Origin: an uncultured Verrucomicrobiae bacterium
GTDB lineage: Bacteria > Verrucomicrobiota > Verrucomicrobiia > Chthoniobacterales > JAFAMB01
DNA length: 64,000 bases
Reading direction: 5' to 3'
NCBI GenBank assembly: GCA_963762565.1
Contig: CAVXLD010000011.1
Coordinates: 32,001-96,000, forward strand
The first letter of the stretch is position 1, and every line of letters starts with the position of its first letter. Shown here one piece after another: positions 9,904-19,138 of the stretch. The notes beneath the pieces are model-generated. The model searched no databases, was not told the origin of the DNA, and saw nothing but the letters and a program-made list of their open reading frames with translations. Made by a program: the position numbers and the translations under genes.

Positions 9904-10453
9904 GGTAAAGTTGGTGCTGCTCAATGTAACGTTTAACCGACTCCGGAACCAAATAAGTGATCGATTCCTGGTTCGCAACTCGGTTTCTGATCTCGGTCGA
10001 TGAGATTTCTATCCTGCGCTGCACCACTGGATATTCGGGAGACTGAAAGTCTTCGGAGCGACTGAGAACCACAAAACAGACAAGTTTTTTGAGTTCTTCG
10101 AAGCGGTGCCATTCGGTGAAGCGGTCAGCATTGTCTTCTCCGACCAGGAAGAAAAGTTCTGCTTTTGGATCCCGGCTGCGGAACATTTTGATGGTGTCGA
10201 TGGAATAAGAAATTCCACCCCGCTCGATCTCAACTGGGTCGACTGAGAAACAGTTCTCATCGGCAATGGCCAAGCTGAGCATGGCCAACCGATCGGCGGC
10301 GGGCACGGTATGATTGTGGATCTTGAACGGGGATTCAGCCGCCGGAACAAAAATGACCCGATCCAGTTTGAACTCCTCTAAAGCCTGCCGGGCTAAGATC
10401 AAATGCCCGTGGTGAACCGGGTCAAAAGTGCCACCGTAAATCCCGATCCTCAT
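9872..10453 (-). CDS. nadD: Nicotinate-nucleotide adenylyltransferase
   Basis: GIYGGTFDPVHHGHL and ISSTEIR. Confidence 0.95.
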   Translation of the reverse strand: MRIGIYGGTFDPVHHGHLILARQALEEFKLDRVIFVPAAESPFKIHNHTVPAADRLAMLSLAIADENCFSVDPVEIERGGISYSIDTIKMFRSRDPKAELFFLVGEDNADRFTEWHRFEELKKLVCFVVLSRSEDFQSPEYPVVQRRIEISSTEIRNRVANQESITYLVPESVKRYIEQHQLYHGERVSALRS

Positions 10454-10489
10454 ATACCAACACGGTCAGCGCCGCCAAGAGCAGAGGAA

Positions 10490-10623
10490 TAGCCGCGAAA
10501 GAACACAAAGAACGCAAAAAATAGGGAAGCGGAAGAGGGTACATTTACTGTCGGGCTCTTAATCAACCTCATCTGAAATTGTTTCCTGTCTATTTTTGCG
10601 ATCTTTGTGCTCTTTTGCGGCTA
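10490..10623. repeat. 9-mer-periodic arm palindrome, family D
   Basis: tagccgcgaaagaacacaaagaacgcaaaaaatag ... ctatttttgcgatctttgtgctcttttgcggcta. Confidence 0.8.
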
Positions 10624-10915
10624 GTGTCCTGTTCCATAAATAACGTGGCTTTCGTTGCGATCAAAATGGGCCGCCGGCAAGGCGGTCCGAGCCGGACTGG
10701 CGGTAAGAGGGCGCATATCTACATCGATACGTAACCGACGAGCAACGCAGCCGCCGGCCCATTTTCATCGCAACCCTCCGGGCCGTGGCCAGTTGGCTGT
10801 TTTTCCACGTTGCTCGCTCGACCCGTATGAACCAGATATGGGCGCTTCGCTCGCGCCTTGAAAAACAGCTAACTGACCGACGGCGAAAGCCACGTTATTT
10901 ATGGGACAGGGCACT
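10623..10915. mobile_element. MITE with ~32-bp TIRs, family M
   Basis: agtgtcctgttccataaataacgtggctttcg ... cgaaagccacgttatttatgggacagggcact; inner IR gttgcgatcaaaatgggccg/cggcccattttcatcgcaac; second copy at 22142. Confidence 0.75.
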
Positions 10916-10977
10916 TGTAATCAGTTTTTTTCTAATGGTCAACGCTCGGCGTTCCCGTATCATTCTCCCCCAAGCGT

Positions 10978-12078
10978 ATGGAACGAAACCGTTTGGGTCA
11001 ACTGCTGCTGGTGGGAGTTCCCACGCCGGAGCTGGATGTCGAAACTGCAAAACTATTTCGTCGAATTCAGCCGGGTGGCTTTGTTTTGTTTGGGCGAAAC
11101 GTGAAATCCGCCAAGCAGCTAAGACAGTTGGTGGATGATTTACGAGATTTGAGCGAAGAGGAACCAATCGTCGCCATCGACCAGGAAGGTGGCCGGGTTT
11201 CGCGTCTGAAAATGATCGGGAACGAGCCGCCGAACGCCCAGCAGTTGCGAGACAAAGGCGACCAGTCGCTCATCCGGACTCATGGCGAACTTACTGGAGA
11301 GTTGCTGCGGCTGTTCGGTTTTAATCTCGACCTCTGCCCTGTGCTCGATATCTCGTTTGACGATGAGGCTGACAATTCGCTGCGGGGCCGTTGTTGGGGA
11401 ACCAGTGTTCCCCAGGTCGTCCGCTTTGCCGGGATCTTCAACCAAGCCCTGCTTTCAACGGGTGTCCTGAGTTGCGGCAAGCATTTTCCCGGTTACGCGG
11501 CAGCGGCGCTTGATCCTCACCATGATTTGCCAAGAATCGACCGATCCAAAGCTGAGCTCGAGGAATGCGAGCTAGCAATTTTCCGGGCATTCCGAGATCA
11601 GATCAGCAGCATGATGGTTGGGCACGCCTGGTACAGCGCATTCGATTCAGAAAAAATGCCGGCTTCCCTCTCAGTCAACGTGATTACCAGGCTTCTTAAG
11701 GAGGATCTGGGATTCGAGGGGTTAACGATGACGGACGACCTGGATATGGGCGCAATCATCAATGAATTGGGGTTCGCAGAAACGATTTCGCGTGCAATGG
11801 CAGCCGGCAACGACATTGCGATGATCTGCCATCGGGTTGCCATGGCCGAAGAAGCCATGACAATTCTGGGTCAACTCGACCGCTCACTGATTGATCGCGC
11901 CTTAGCCGCAGTGGCTGGTTTCAAGAGGGCGCTAGTATCACCCGCGATCTTCTCGGAAACGCGGTTTCATGAGCTCGACCAACAAGTCTGGAATCTGAGA
12001 GTCGCAACGCTCGGAGAAGAAAAGGCCGCCCAGCGCAGCCCCGACGACGGTAAACGATCTCCGGTAGAGGTGTATTAG
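10978..12078 (+). CDS. nagZ: Beta-N-acetylhexosaminidase, GH3
   Basis: IDQEGGRV, KHFPGY...DPH and TDDLDMGA. Confidence 0.85.
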   Translation: MERNRLGQLLLVGVPTPELDVETAKLFRRIQPGGFVLFGRNVKSAKQLRQLVDDLRDLSEEEPIVAIDQEGGRVSRLKMIGNEPPNAQQLRDKGDQSLIRTHGELTGELLRLFGFNLDLCPVLDISFDDEADNSLRGRCWGTSVPQVVRFAGIFNQALLSTGVLSCGKHFPGYAAAALDPHHDLPRIDRSKAELEECELAIFRAFRDQISSMMVGHAWYSAFDSEKMPASLSVNVITRLLKEDLGFEGLTMTDDLDMGAIINELGFAETISRAMAAGNDIAMICHRVAMAEEAMTILGQLDRSLIDRALAAVAGFKRALVSPAIFSETRFHELDQQVWNLRVATLGEEKAAQRSPDDGKRSPVEVY

Positions 12079-12224
12079 CGTTTGGCGTTCGGCGTTCGGC
12101 GGAGCAGTGCCCGTTGCCTCCCTCGTCCACTCAGTCCTATAGGGCCTATCAGTCCCTACAGGTCCCATTCGTTGCCAGCCCCCTAGCGCGTTTCCCGCCG
12201 AACGCCAAACGCCAAACCGCGAAC
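12078..12224. repeat. Family B composite palindrome
   Basis: gcgtttggcgttcggcgttcggcgg ... ccgccgaacgccaaacgccaaac, with an internal gtcctatagggcctatcagtccctacaggtcccat. Confidence 0.8.
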
Positions 12225-12278
12225 TGCTAGCCACCAATCCTTGAACTACGGTCATCAATACCTATTATATAGGCAAGG

Positions 12279-12977
12279 ATGCTGCCTGAAATCGAACTGT
12301 TGTTGGCCGTTCAGGATCACGATACAAACATCAAAGCGCTGGAAAACGAGCTCCAAACGCTTCCATTCGAACGAACCCGATTGGAAAAAGCGATTGAGGA
12401 TCGCACCGCATCTTTAGAACGCAGCCGGCAGCGGGCAAAAGAGATTGAGGTCGAACGAAAGAAGCTTGAGCTGGACGCTAGCACCCGTCGCGACCAGATC
12501 GCCAAATATAAGACGCAACAGTATCAGACTCGAAAAAACGACGAATTCCAGGCTCTGGGCAACGAGATTGCAGGCCTAGAAAAAGAAATCAACCAAATCG
12601 AAGATCACGAAATCGATCTCATGGAGCAGGCCGAGAACGCCGGCCGGGAAATCAAACGCGCTGAATCCGATTTCAAGGTCGAGCAGGCCCAACTCCAACA
12701 ACAACTCGCCTCCCTAAAACAGAAGGGTGAGCTTCTGACCAAGGCGCTCGAGGAAACCAAGACGGCCCGAGCAAAAGCGGCAGCCGCGTTTACCGATCCG
12801 GAGCTGCTGTCGCGTTACGAGCGCATTTTCCATTCCAAAGGCGGCAACGCAGTGGTGCCGATCGAGCACGAAGTTTGCATGGGTTGCCACATGAAGAACA
12901 CCACCACAAATGTTCATCGCGCAAAACTGGCCCGGGAGATAGTTTACTGCGAGCAATGTGGCCGGATGCTCTATTGA
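12279..12977 (+). CDS. Coiled-coil protein with C4 zinc ribbon (DUF164/CT398-like)
   Basis: Long coiled coil followed by CMGCH...CEQCGRML. Confidence 0.85.
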   Translation: MLPEIELLLAVQDHDTNIKALENELQTLPFERTRLEKAIEDRTASLERSRQRAKEIEVERKKLELDASTRRDQIAKYKTQQYQTRKNDEFQALGNEIAGLEKEINQIEDHEIDLMEQAENAGREIKRAESDFKVEQAQLQQQLASLKQKGELLTKALEETKTARAKAAAAFTDPELLSRYERIFHSKGGNAVVPIEHEVCMGCHMKNTTTNVHRAKLAREIVYCEQCGRMLY

Positions 12978-12990
12978 TACCTGATACCCA

Positions 12991-13605
12991 ATGTCTCAAC
13001 CGCCCCAACGCAGCGGATGCGGCTGCTGCGGTTGCCTCGGCTGCTTAGGTACGGTTGTATTGGTCCTGGTGCTCGTGGTAGCCGCGGTGGTTTTCCTTTT
13101 GTACCAGACCGCTACGAGTGATCGTCCAGCCAGGCCGCCGGCCTGGGCGGCAAATCCGCAGCTCTACAGCTCAGCGCGGAAAAAATGGGACGATTTCGGT
13201 CGGGATAACTCTGTTCGTGCCCTGACTCTCTCCGATGCGGAGATCAATTCGCTGCTCGCGAAAGCGCCCGAACTCGGCTTCCTCGCCGGAGGGGCCACCG
13301 TGACCTCGCGCGAAAACGGAATTCAGCTGCAGCTTAGTGTGCCGGTGAAAATTATCCCGTTTTATACAAAATATATTAACGCCGATGTTTTCCTGCGTCC
13401 GATCATCACCGGAGAAAACGTAGACCTCAATGTCTATGGAGTCGACGCAGACGGGCGTCCGCTGGATGCAGCCTCCCTACAACGCTTCAAATCTCAGGCC
13501 CAGCCCGCCATTAACATGTTTCTCACCGGCGCGAACCAATTCGAAGGTCCTCGCGCGATCCACGAGATCCGGCTCCAAAGCGGATCAATCGTGTTGTTGA
13601 GGTAG
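12991..13605 (+). CDS. Hypothetical membrane-anchored protein with Cys/Gly-rich N-terminus
   Basis: GCGCCGCLGCLG plus one TM segment; 204 aa; starts 13 nt after the previous gene. Confidence 0.7.
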   Translation: MSQPPQRSGCGCCGCLGCLGTVVLVLVLVVAAVVFLLYQTATSDRPARPPAWAANPQLYSSARKKWDDFGRDNSVRALTLSDAEINSLLAKAPELGFLAGGATVTSRENGIQLQLSVPVKIIPFYTKYINADVFLRPIITGENVDLNVYGVDADGRPLDAASLQRFKSQAQPAINMFLTGANQFEGPRAIHEIRLQSGSIVLLR

Positions 13606-13607
13606 AT

Positions 13608-13814
13608 TTGGTAGGGCGAGGCTCCAAAAACGTGCCCTGTCGGTGGCAAATTGACAATCAGGTGGGGACCTTGCTTCAGGTGTAGCAGCATGGCCGAGCC
13701 GCTGCCTTGCGCCACCCCCGGCTCGGCCATGTTGCATCACTCGCTGGGAAGAGCCCATATCCGGCAGCCTAATTGGCCAGGGATTGGACACGTCTTGGAG
13801 CCTCGCCCTACCAA
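13608..13814. repeat. REPIN-like element, family A
   Basis: ttggtagggcgaggctcc ... gccgagccg/cggctcggc ... ggagcctcgccctaccaa. Confidence 0.9.
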
Positions 13815-13853
13815 CTCCTTGAACTTCTAGAACTCCTGCCTTATCCCGCTTCA

Positions 13854-15011
13854 GTGGCGACCCAACGCAAGACAAAGAGCCAGCCTGGTCCAAATATCCG
13901 GTTTTTCGCGGTAGTCGGCTCCGACGAGGGGGCGGTGAAAAAGCGGGCTCACGAACTGGGTAAGGAGCTCGCTCCAAAAGACGCAGGTGATTTTGGCGTC
14001 GATCTTCTAGATGGCGCCGTTGAAAATGTGGACCAGGCTGTAAGCCGGATCCACGAGACCGTCCAGGCTATCCAGACCTTGCCATTCTTCGGCTCAGAAA
14101 AACTGGTTTGGCTAAAGGATGTGAATTTCCTGAGCGATTCGCAGGTCGGCCGGTCCGCCCAGGTACAAGCCGCCTTGGAATACTTGAAAGAGCTTCTAAA
14201 CGATGGTTTGCCTGCGGATGTAACCGTCTTGTTGAGCGCAACCGACGTTGATAAACGGCGCGCTTTTTATAAGGCGATCTCTAAGCTCGGGCGATTCGAG
14301 CAGTTTGATCGTATCGACACGAGTAAGTCCGGTTGGGAAGAAGCGGTCGAGGGATTAGCTCAACATATGGCTGGTGAGCGAGGACTCAGATTCGAGGCAG
14401 AGGCGCTGGAGGCTTTTGCTAGACTGGCGGGAGCGGATTCGCGGCAGATCGAGAACGAAATCGAGAAGATCGATCTGTTTCTCGGCGACGACCTCCCAAC
14501 ATCTTCGCAACCTCGGCAGACCAGAGACATCAGCCTTGAGGTCGTTCGCCGGCTGGTCGCAAAGACGGCAACCGGGGTGATCTGGGAGTTAGGTAATGCT
14601 ATTGCCCGCCGGAACCTGCGTGAAGCTTTGGATTTGCTGCAACAACTTCTGTTTCAAGGGGAAACAGCGATGGGTATTCTGTTTGCCGCGATTATTCCAA
14701 CCATGCGGAATCTTCTGGCAGCAAAGGAACTATGCCTGAGCAACGGATTAAGACCGCCGCAAGCCCCGTTCCAGTTCGGGCCCATGATCAACCGGCTCCC
14801 GGAATCATCCGTCGCCTTTCTTCCCAGGAAAAAAGACGGAAACATTAACACCTATGCTTTGGGATTAGCGGCCTGCGAGATTCATCGGTTTTCTATCGAG
14901 GAACTCCAACAAGGATTAAAAGATTGCCTCGCGGCTAATATCCGCCTGGTGACCACTCAGCTGGAGCCAAAGCTGATCCTCAGCGACCTTTTAGTGAAGC
15001 TCCTGGCCTGA
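13854..15011 (+). CDS. holA: DNA polymerase III delta subunit
   Basis: TLPFFGSEKLV, VDKRRAFYK, IENEIEKIDLF and IWELGNAI; GTG start inferred. Confidence 0.85.
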   Translation: MATQRKTKSQPGPNIRFFAVVGSDEGAVKKRAHELGKELAPKDAGDFGVDLLDGAVENVDQAVSRIHETVQAIQTLPFFGSEKLVWLKDVNFLSDSQVGRSAQVQAALEYLKELLNDGLPADVTVLLSATDVDKRRAFYKAISKLGRFEQFDRIDTSKSGWEEAVEGLAQHMAGERGLRFEAEALEAFARLAGADSRQIENEIEKIDLFLGDDLPTSSQPRQTRDISLEVVRRLVAKTATGVIWELGNAIARRNLREALDLLQQLLFQGETAMGILFAAIIPTMRNLLAAKELCLSNGLRPPQAPFQFGPMINRLPESSVAFLPRKKDGNINTYALGLAACEIHRFSIEELQQGLKDCLAANIRLVTTQLEPKLILSDLLVKLLA

Positions 15012-15052
15012 GAAGCGGACTTCGTTTTCGAATTGAACACGGCCCATGCGCC

Positions 15053-15234
15053 GGGAGGGATCGCTGCCCGTCCGCCATAGCCCTGGCATTAATCACCGTT
15101 TTCTTAAACAAGATGGCGACGGCGGATCCTCGCGATCAGTGCTTCTCGAAGTCCACGACAGACCCCATCCAGCGTCACACTAGATCCGAAATTATAGACT
15201 TGGGGCCGCGGCGCGCGGGGACGCGCGCCCTCCC
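15053..15234. repeat. REPIN family K (GGGAGGG...CCCTCCC) with the left REP interrupted by nested inserts
   Basis: gggagggatcgc[insert]tcctcgcgatc ... cgcggcgcgcggggacgcgcgccctccc; arms match those at 40719 and 53710. Confidence 0.75.
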
Positions 15235-15243
15235 TGCATCTCC

Positions 15244-15453
15244 AACCCGCTACGCGGGTGCTTTTCGGACTTGGCGCAGTACTCCAACACTCCCACACTC
15301 CATCACTTCGCGTGGCCGATTCGAGGACAGCCTGTCAGACGAAGCCCATGGTATATGTTGCCAACCGCTGGAAGTCGGCCTCGCAAGCGAGGCGCGCTCC
15401 ACAACCGGAAAGTTTGGCGAAGTCGGAAGGACGACGACGAGGACGAGAACGAA
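15244..15453. repeat. ~210-bp dispersed repeat (inverted copy at 56032-56241) containing a family-J REP
   Basis: Near-identical reverse complement of 56032-56241. Confidence 0.9.
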
Positions 15454-15675
15454 GCGCCTTGTGAGGAACAGTGCGTTCTGCAATCCCGGCGGCCCTTCGC
15501 CGAGCATCTTGCACCTCCTTCGAAACGATCCATCCGTTGTGACGTGCCCACCCTTGTGTTAGATTTTTTTAACGAAAATGATTTCAACGTTGGGTTTGAA
15601 GGCCTTAGGGCTCTCAATTCTTCTGCGCCAATTTAATACTCCGGTTAGTTCTCTTGTTTCTCGGAGAACTTCCTG

Positions 15676-16977
15676 ATGGAAACGCATCCTGTGGCGAATT
15701 TAAGTTCTGTGTTTTCCGAGAAACTGAGGATAGCGACGTTTTTATCCCGAAGCGCCTTCAACCGGGTTTGCAATACACTGTTGACCGCTTTTGAGCAGGT
15801 CACACGGGCCGGTCGCCGCCCAAACGTCAGTACCCTGCTTTCGATCGCCGAACGTCAGACCGGGCTAAACGATTTCGGTGACCACCGGTTTTTGGAGCCG
15901 ATGGCGTTTCTATTAGAATCAGTCGAAAAGGAAGCCAAATTGAACGCGCTCGGGCGGTTCGTTTTTGTTGAACATGTTGTTCAGCTCCTCCGCAACCGGC
16001 TTTACCTGGAACTCGATTGGAAGCTCGATCCCACGATCGCTCGCCGGAAAATTCCCAAGCCTGTTTTTATCACTGGGTTGCCGCGAACGGGGACGACTTT
16101 ATTACACAGCTTGCTCGCCCAGGATTCGGAGATATTTGCCGCTCCCTTAACTTGGGAAGTCATTTATCCCTCAGCAGCCCAAGGTGACGACCACCAACGC
16201 ATTCGCCGGACAGAGCGGCAATTGAAATGGTTCGAGTTACTCGTACCAGGAATTAAGACGATTCATCCGGTTGCAGCCGAGCTACCACAGGAATGTGTCG
16301 CGATCATGAGCCATTGCTTTGTGAGCGAAGAATTCGACACAATGTTCGACCTCCCTGGGTATGAGTTTTGGGTGGAGGAACAAGACCAACGCGAAATCTA
16401 CTCTTTTCACAAACGCTTTCTCCAACACTTACGTCCGGGAGCCCGCGACCGCCGATTTGTGCTGAAAGCGCCGGCCCATCTTCGTGCGGTGGAAGCCATC
16501 CTAGACGTTTATCCGGATGCGCATATCGTTCACACCTATCGCCATCCGGCCCAGGTAGTCGCTTCCCTATCGAACTTGATTATGACTTTGAAGGGTGCGT
16601 TCAGCTACAATATTAAGCCGTTTGAAGTCGGGCCAAGCGTCATCGACTACTGCTCGAGGAACCTGCGCAGATTTTTCGCCAGCACCGCCCGGCTCCAGGC
16701 TAACGTTTACACCGACGTGGCTTATCTCGACCTGGTCCGGAATCCGATGGGGGTGGTGCGCCGGATTTACGCCAGACTTGGTGAGCACCTGACCCCTGAG
16801 GCCGAGGCAAAAATGGAACGCTTCTTGGCCGAAAATCCCCAAGGGAAATGGGGCCGCCATACCTATTCCCTGGGCAAATTTGGCCTGGAACCGGGTGCAA
16901 TCGCCGAACAATTCCGTTTCTATACGCAGCGATTCGACATGGATACCCATTCCTCGAAAGAGGCGATATCAAAGTAA
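15676..16977 (+). CDS. Sulfotransferase family protein
   Basis: PVFITGLPRTGTTLL (5'-PSB loop), LKAPAH and HTYRHP...S. Confidence 0.9.
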   Translation: METHPVANLSSVFSEKLRIATFLSRSAFNRVCNTLLTAFEQVTRAGRRPNVSTLLSIAERQTGLNDFGDHRFLEPMAFLLESVEKEAKLNALGRFVFVEHVVQLLRNRLYLELDWKLDPTIARRKIPKPVFITGLPRTGTTLLHSLLAQDSEIFAAPLTWEVIYPSAAQGDDHQRIRRTERQLKWFELLVPGIKTIHPVAAELPQECVAIMSHCFVSEEFDTMFDLPGYEFWVEEQDQREIYSFHKRFLQHLRPGARDRRFVLKAPAHLRAVEAILDVYPDAHIVHTYRHPAQVVASLSNLIMTLKGAFSYNIKPFEVGPSVIDYCSRNLRRFFASTARLQANVYTDVAYLDLVRNPMGVVRRIYARLGEHLTPEAEAKMERFLAENPQGKWGRHTYSLGKFGLEPGAIAEQFRFYTQRFDMDTHSSKEAISK

Positions 16978-16988
16978 GGGAGTTGTGG

Positions 16989-17272
16989 GCGGGACGCGCC
17001 GGTAGCGGCGATTTCGGTCGGAACTGTGGAGCGTTGCCTTGCTTGCAAGGCCGTGGTAAGCAGGGAGACTTCTGTCATATCGCCCTTCCTCGTGCAACGC
17101 TCTATCGTCCAGTATTTGAGCAGGATCAGATAGTAGTCTGGATCCTGAGCTGAACCTGCGCGGTACAGAGCGCAGATAAAGGTATGGCGTCGTAAGACCA
17201 TATCGCCCTGTTCACCACGGCCTTGCAAGCAAGGCAGCGCTCCACGGTTCCGACCGAACCGGCACTTCCCGC
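16989..17272. repeat. REPIN-like palindrome with 45-bp arms (related to family J)
   Basis: 17013-17057 versus 17214-17258, 43/45 complementary. Confidence 0.85.
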
Positions 17273-17372
17273 CGCACTCCTCTCACTTGCATCACCCAGT
17301 TCCTCAGCCGAGCTTACCCTCCAGCGGTAACCGGGAATAAGTTGGCAGCCTGGATGCTCAATTAGGTAGGCT

Positions 17373-17900
17373 ATGATTCGTCAGCTCTGCCTCTTCGCCG
17401 GTATCGCAACTTTATTAGGTCCCGGCCTGGTCTGGGGCCAGTCCATGAATCACCCTAAAGATATGTCAAAGCTTTCTGACGACGAACTGAAAAAGAATCT
17501 GACTCCCGAGCAATATTATGTAACCCGACAGGCGGGGACCGAACCTCCGTTTAACAATGCCTATTGGAACAATCACGCCGAAGGTCTCTACGTCGACGTC
17601 ATTTCCGGTAAACCATTGTTTACCTCAAAAGATAAATTCGATTCGGGCACCGGTTGGCCCAGTTTTACCAAACCGATCGATCCGCAGGCAGTGGTTGCCA
17701 AACAAGATAGCTCCCAGGGAATGATCCGAGACGAGGTGGTCGGCGCTGAAAGTAACGCTCACCTAGGCCACGTCTTCGATGACGGGCCGCAACCCACTGG
17801 GCTACGTTACTGTATGAATTCCGCCGCCCTGCGCTTTATTCCCGTTGATAAACTGGAAGAAGAGGGCTACGGCCAGTACCTGCCCCTCTTCAAGAAGTGA
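17373..17900 (+). CDS. msrB: Peptide-methionine (R)-S-oxide reductase with signal peptide
   Basis: [17 protein letters not shown] and [19 protein letters not shown]. Confidence 0.95.
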   Translation: MIRQLCLFAGIATLLGPGLVWGQSMNHPKDMSKLSDDELKKNLTPEQYYVTRQAGTEPPFNNAYWNNHAEGLYVDVISGKPLFTSKDKFDSGTGWPSFTKPIDPQAVVAKQDSSQGMIRDEVVGAESNAHLGHVFDDGPQPTGLRYCMNSAALRFIPVDKLEEEGYGQYLPLFKK

Positions 17901-17907
17901 TCAGCTA

Positions 17908-18082
17908 GGTTCACCGTTCACTGTGCGCCGTTCGCAGTCAGAAACTCCGGGCGGCGAAGCGCAGACGACATAAGTCCCATGAGTCCAATAACTCCCATCC
18001 GCGTCGCGCTGACAGGCGTAGCGACGTTCTACTGCAAACCGTGAACCGCAAACCGTGAACCGCAACCGTGAACCACGAACCC
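17908..18082. repeat. Family B composite palindrome (AACCGTG/AACCGCA heptamer arms)
   Basis: ggttcaccgttcac... / ...aaaccgtgaaccgcaaaccgtgaacc; inner cataagtcccatgagtcc. Confidence 0.7.
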
Positions 18083-18089
18083 TAACCCC

Positions 18090-18713
18090 ATGCGACCCTT
18101 AAGCTTCTTCGCCGCTTGTTTTCTCAGCAGCCTAACACCAATATTCGTTAATATGAGTGACGCTCAAAATGTGACCCGGACCGAAACTGCAGTTTTTGGT
18201 GGCGGGTGTTTTTGGTGTCTTGACGCCCAATTCAAATTAGTGCCCGGCGTCACAAAAGTTACGTCCGGCTATGCAGGCGGACACACCGAAAACCCGACGT
18301 ATGAACAGGTTTGTTCGGATCAAACCGGGCACGCCGAGGTGATCCAGGTCGAATTTGATCCTTCAAAGATCAGCTACGCAGAATTGCTCCATAAGTTCTT
18401 TTATGCCCATGATCCGACCACCCTGAATCGCCAGGGTGCGGACGTTGGGACTCAATATCGCTCGATTATTCTGTATCTGAGCGATGAACAGAAGCAGACA
18501 GCGGAAAAGGCTAAGGCCGAGGCTCAGCAGGATTGGCCCAACCCGATTGTGACCGAGATTGCGCCATTAAAACATTTCTATGCTGCTGAAGACTATCACC
18601 AAGACTATTTCGCCAAGAATCCGACCCAGGGATACTGTCAGTTGGTGGTTGCTCCCAAGGTGAAAAAGTTCCAGCAACACCAGGCGGCGGAAAAAGCGCA
18701 AGCAGGGAATTAA
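18090..18713 (+). CDS. msrA: Peptide-methionine (S)-S-oxide reductase
   Basis: GGGCFWC, GYAGG...PTYEQVC, GHAEV, HDPT, DVGTQYRS and AEDYHQDY. Confidence 0.95.
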   Translation: MRPLSFFAACFLSSLTPIFVNMSDAQNVTRTETAVFGGGCFWCLDAQFKLVPGVTKVTSGYAGGHTENPTYEQVCSDQTGHAEVIQVEFDPSKISYAELLHKFFYAHDPTTLNRQGADVGTQYRSIILYLSDEQKQTAEKAKAEAQQDWPNPIVTEIAPLKHFYAAEDYHQDYFAKNPTQGYCQLVVAPKVKKFQQHQAAEKAQAGN

Positions 18714-18714
18714 T

Positions 18715-19119
18715 TAGCCGCAAAAACTTGTCGCGCCGTAGGCTTGGCGGAGGCGGAAGGCGCAAAAAGATCTGGAGGGGAGCCGCTTTGTAGCGTGGCG
18801 GCTCTGTCGGTATCTAGCAGGCGGCTCCCGGGAAGAACCCAGTGTGTTTGCCGGGTCCGGGGCTTCGTTGCGAACGTGTCTCTACGCTCGCAGGCCACGG
18901 TCAGGGACAATGGCAAGTCTGGGGTTGGTCCCGGGAGCCGCCTGCTAGAAACCCATAGAGCTGCCACCCGGCAAAGCGGCTCCCCTCCAAGCGCTGGGTG
19001 CTTCATCTGTCCAAGGTCGGGCTCCCATCCTCGCCTTTCTTTTGCGCTTTTTTGCGGCTAGTCCGTCTTCCCCTACCAACTCCTTTTTGTTTGCCTTCTT
19101 CGCGCTCTTTTGCGGCAAT
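18715..19119. repeat. Nested composite: family D arms containing a family C insert (18727-18756) and a 61-bp-arm REPIN (family L, 18773-18989)
   Basis: tagccgcaaaaa[C]aaggcgcaaaaag ... cttttgcgcttttttgcggcta; tggaggggagccgctttg...caaagcggctcccctcca. Confidence 0.8.
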
Positions 19120-19138
19120 TCATTTCCAGGAAGACGCG

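Noticed and set aside
15104..15636. Cluster of short overlapping ORFs (also 55899-56443, 6915-7470, 10655-11167, 50467-50939)
   Set aside because: They lie on non-coding repeats or antisense to real genes and have no protein motifs.
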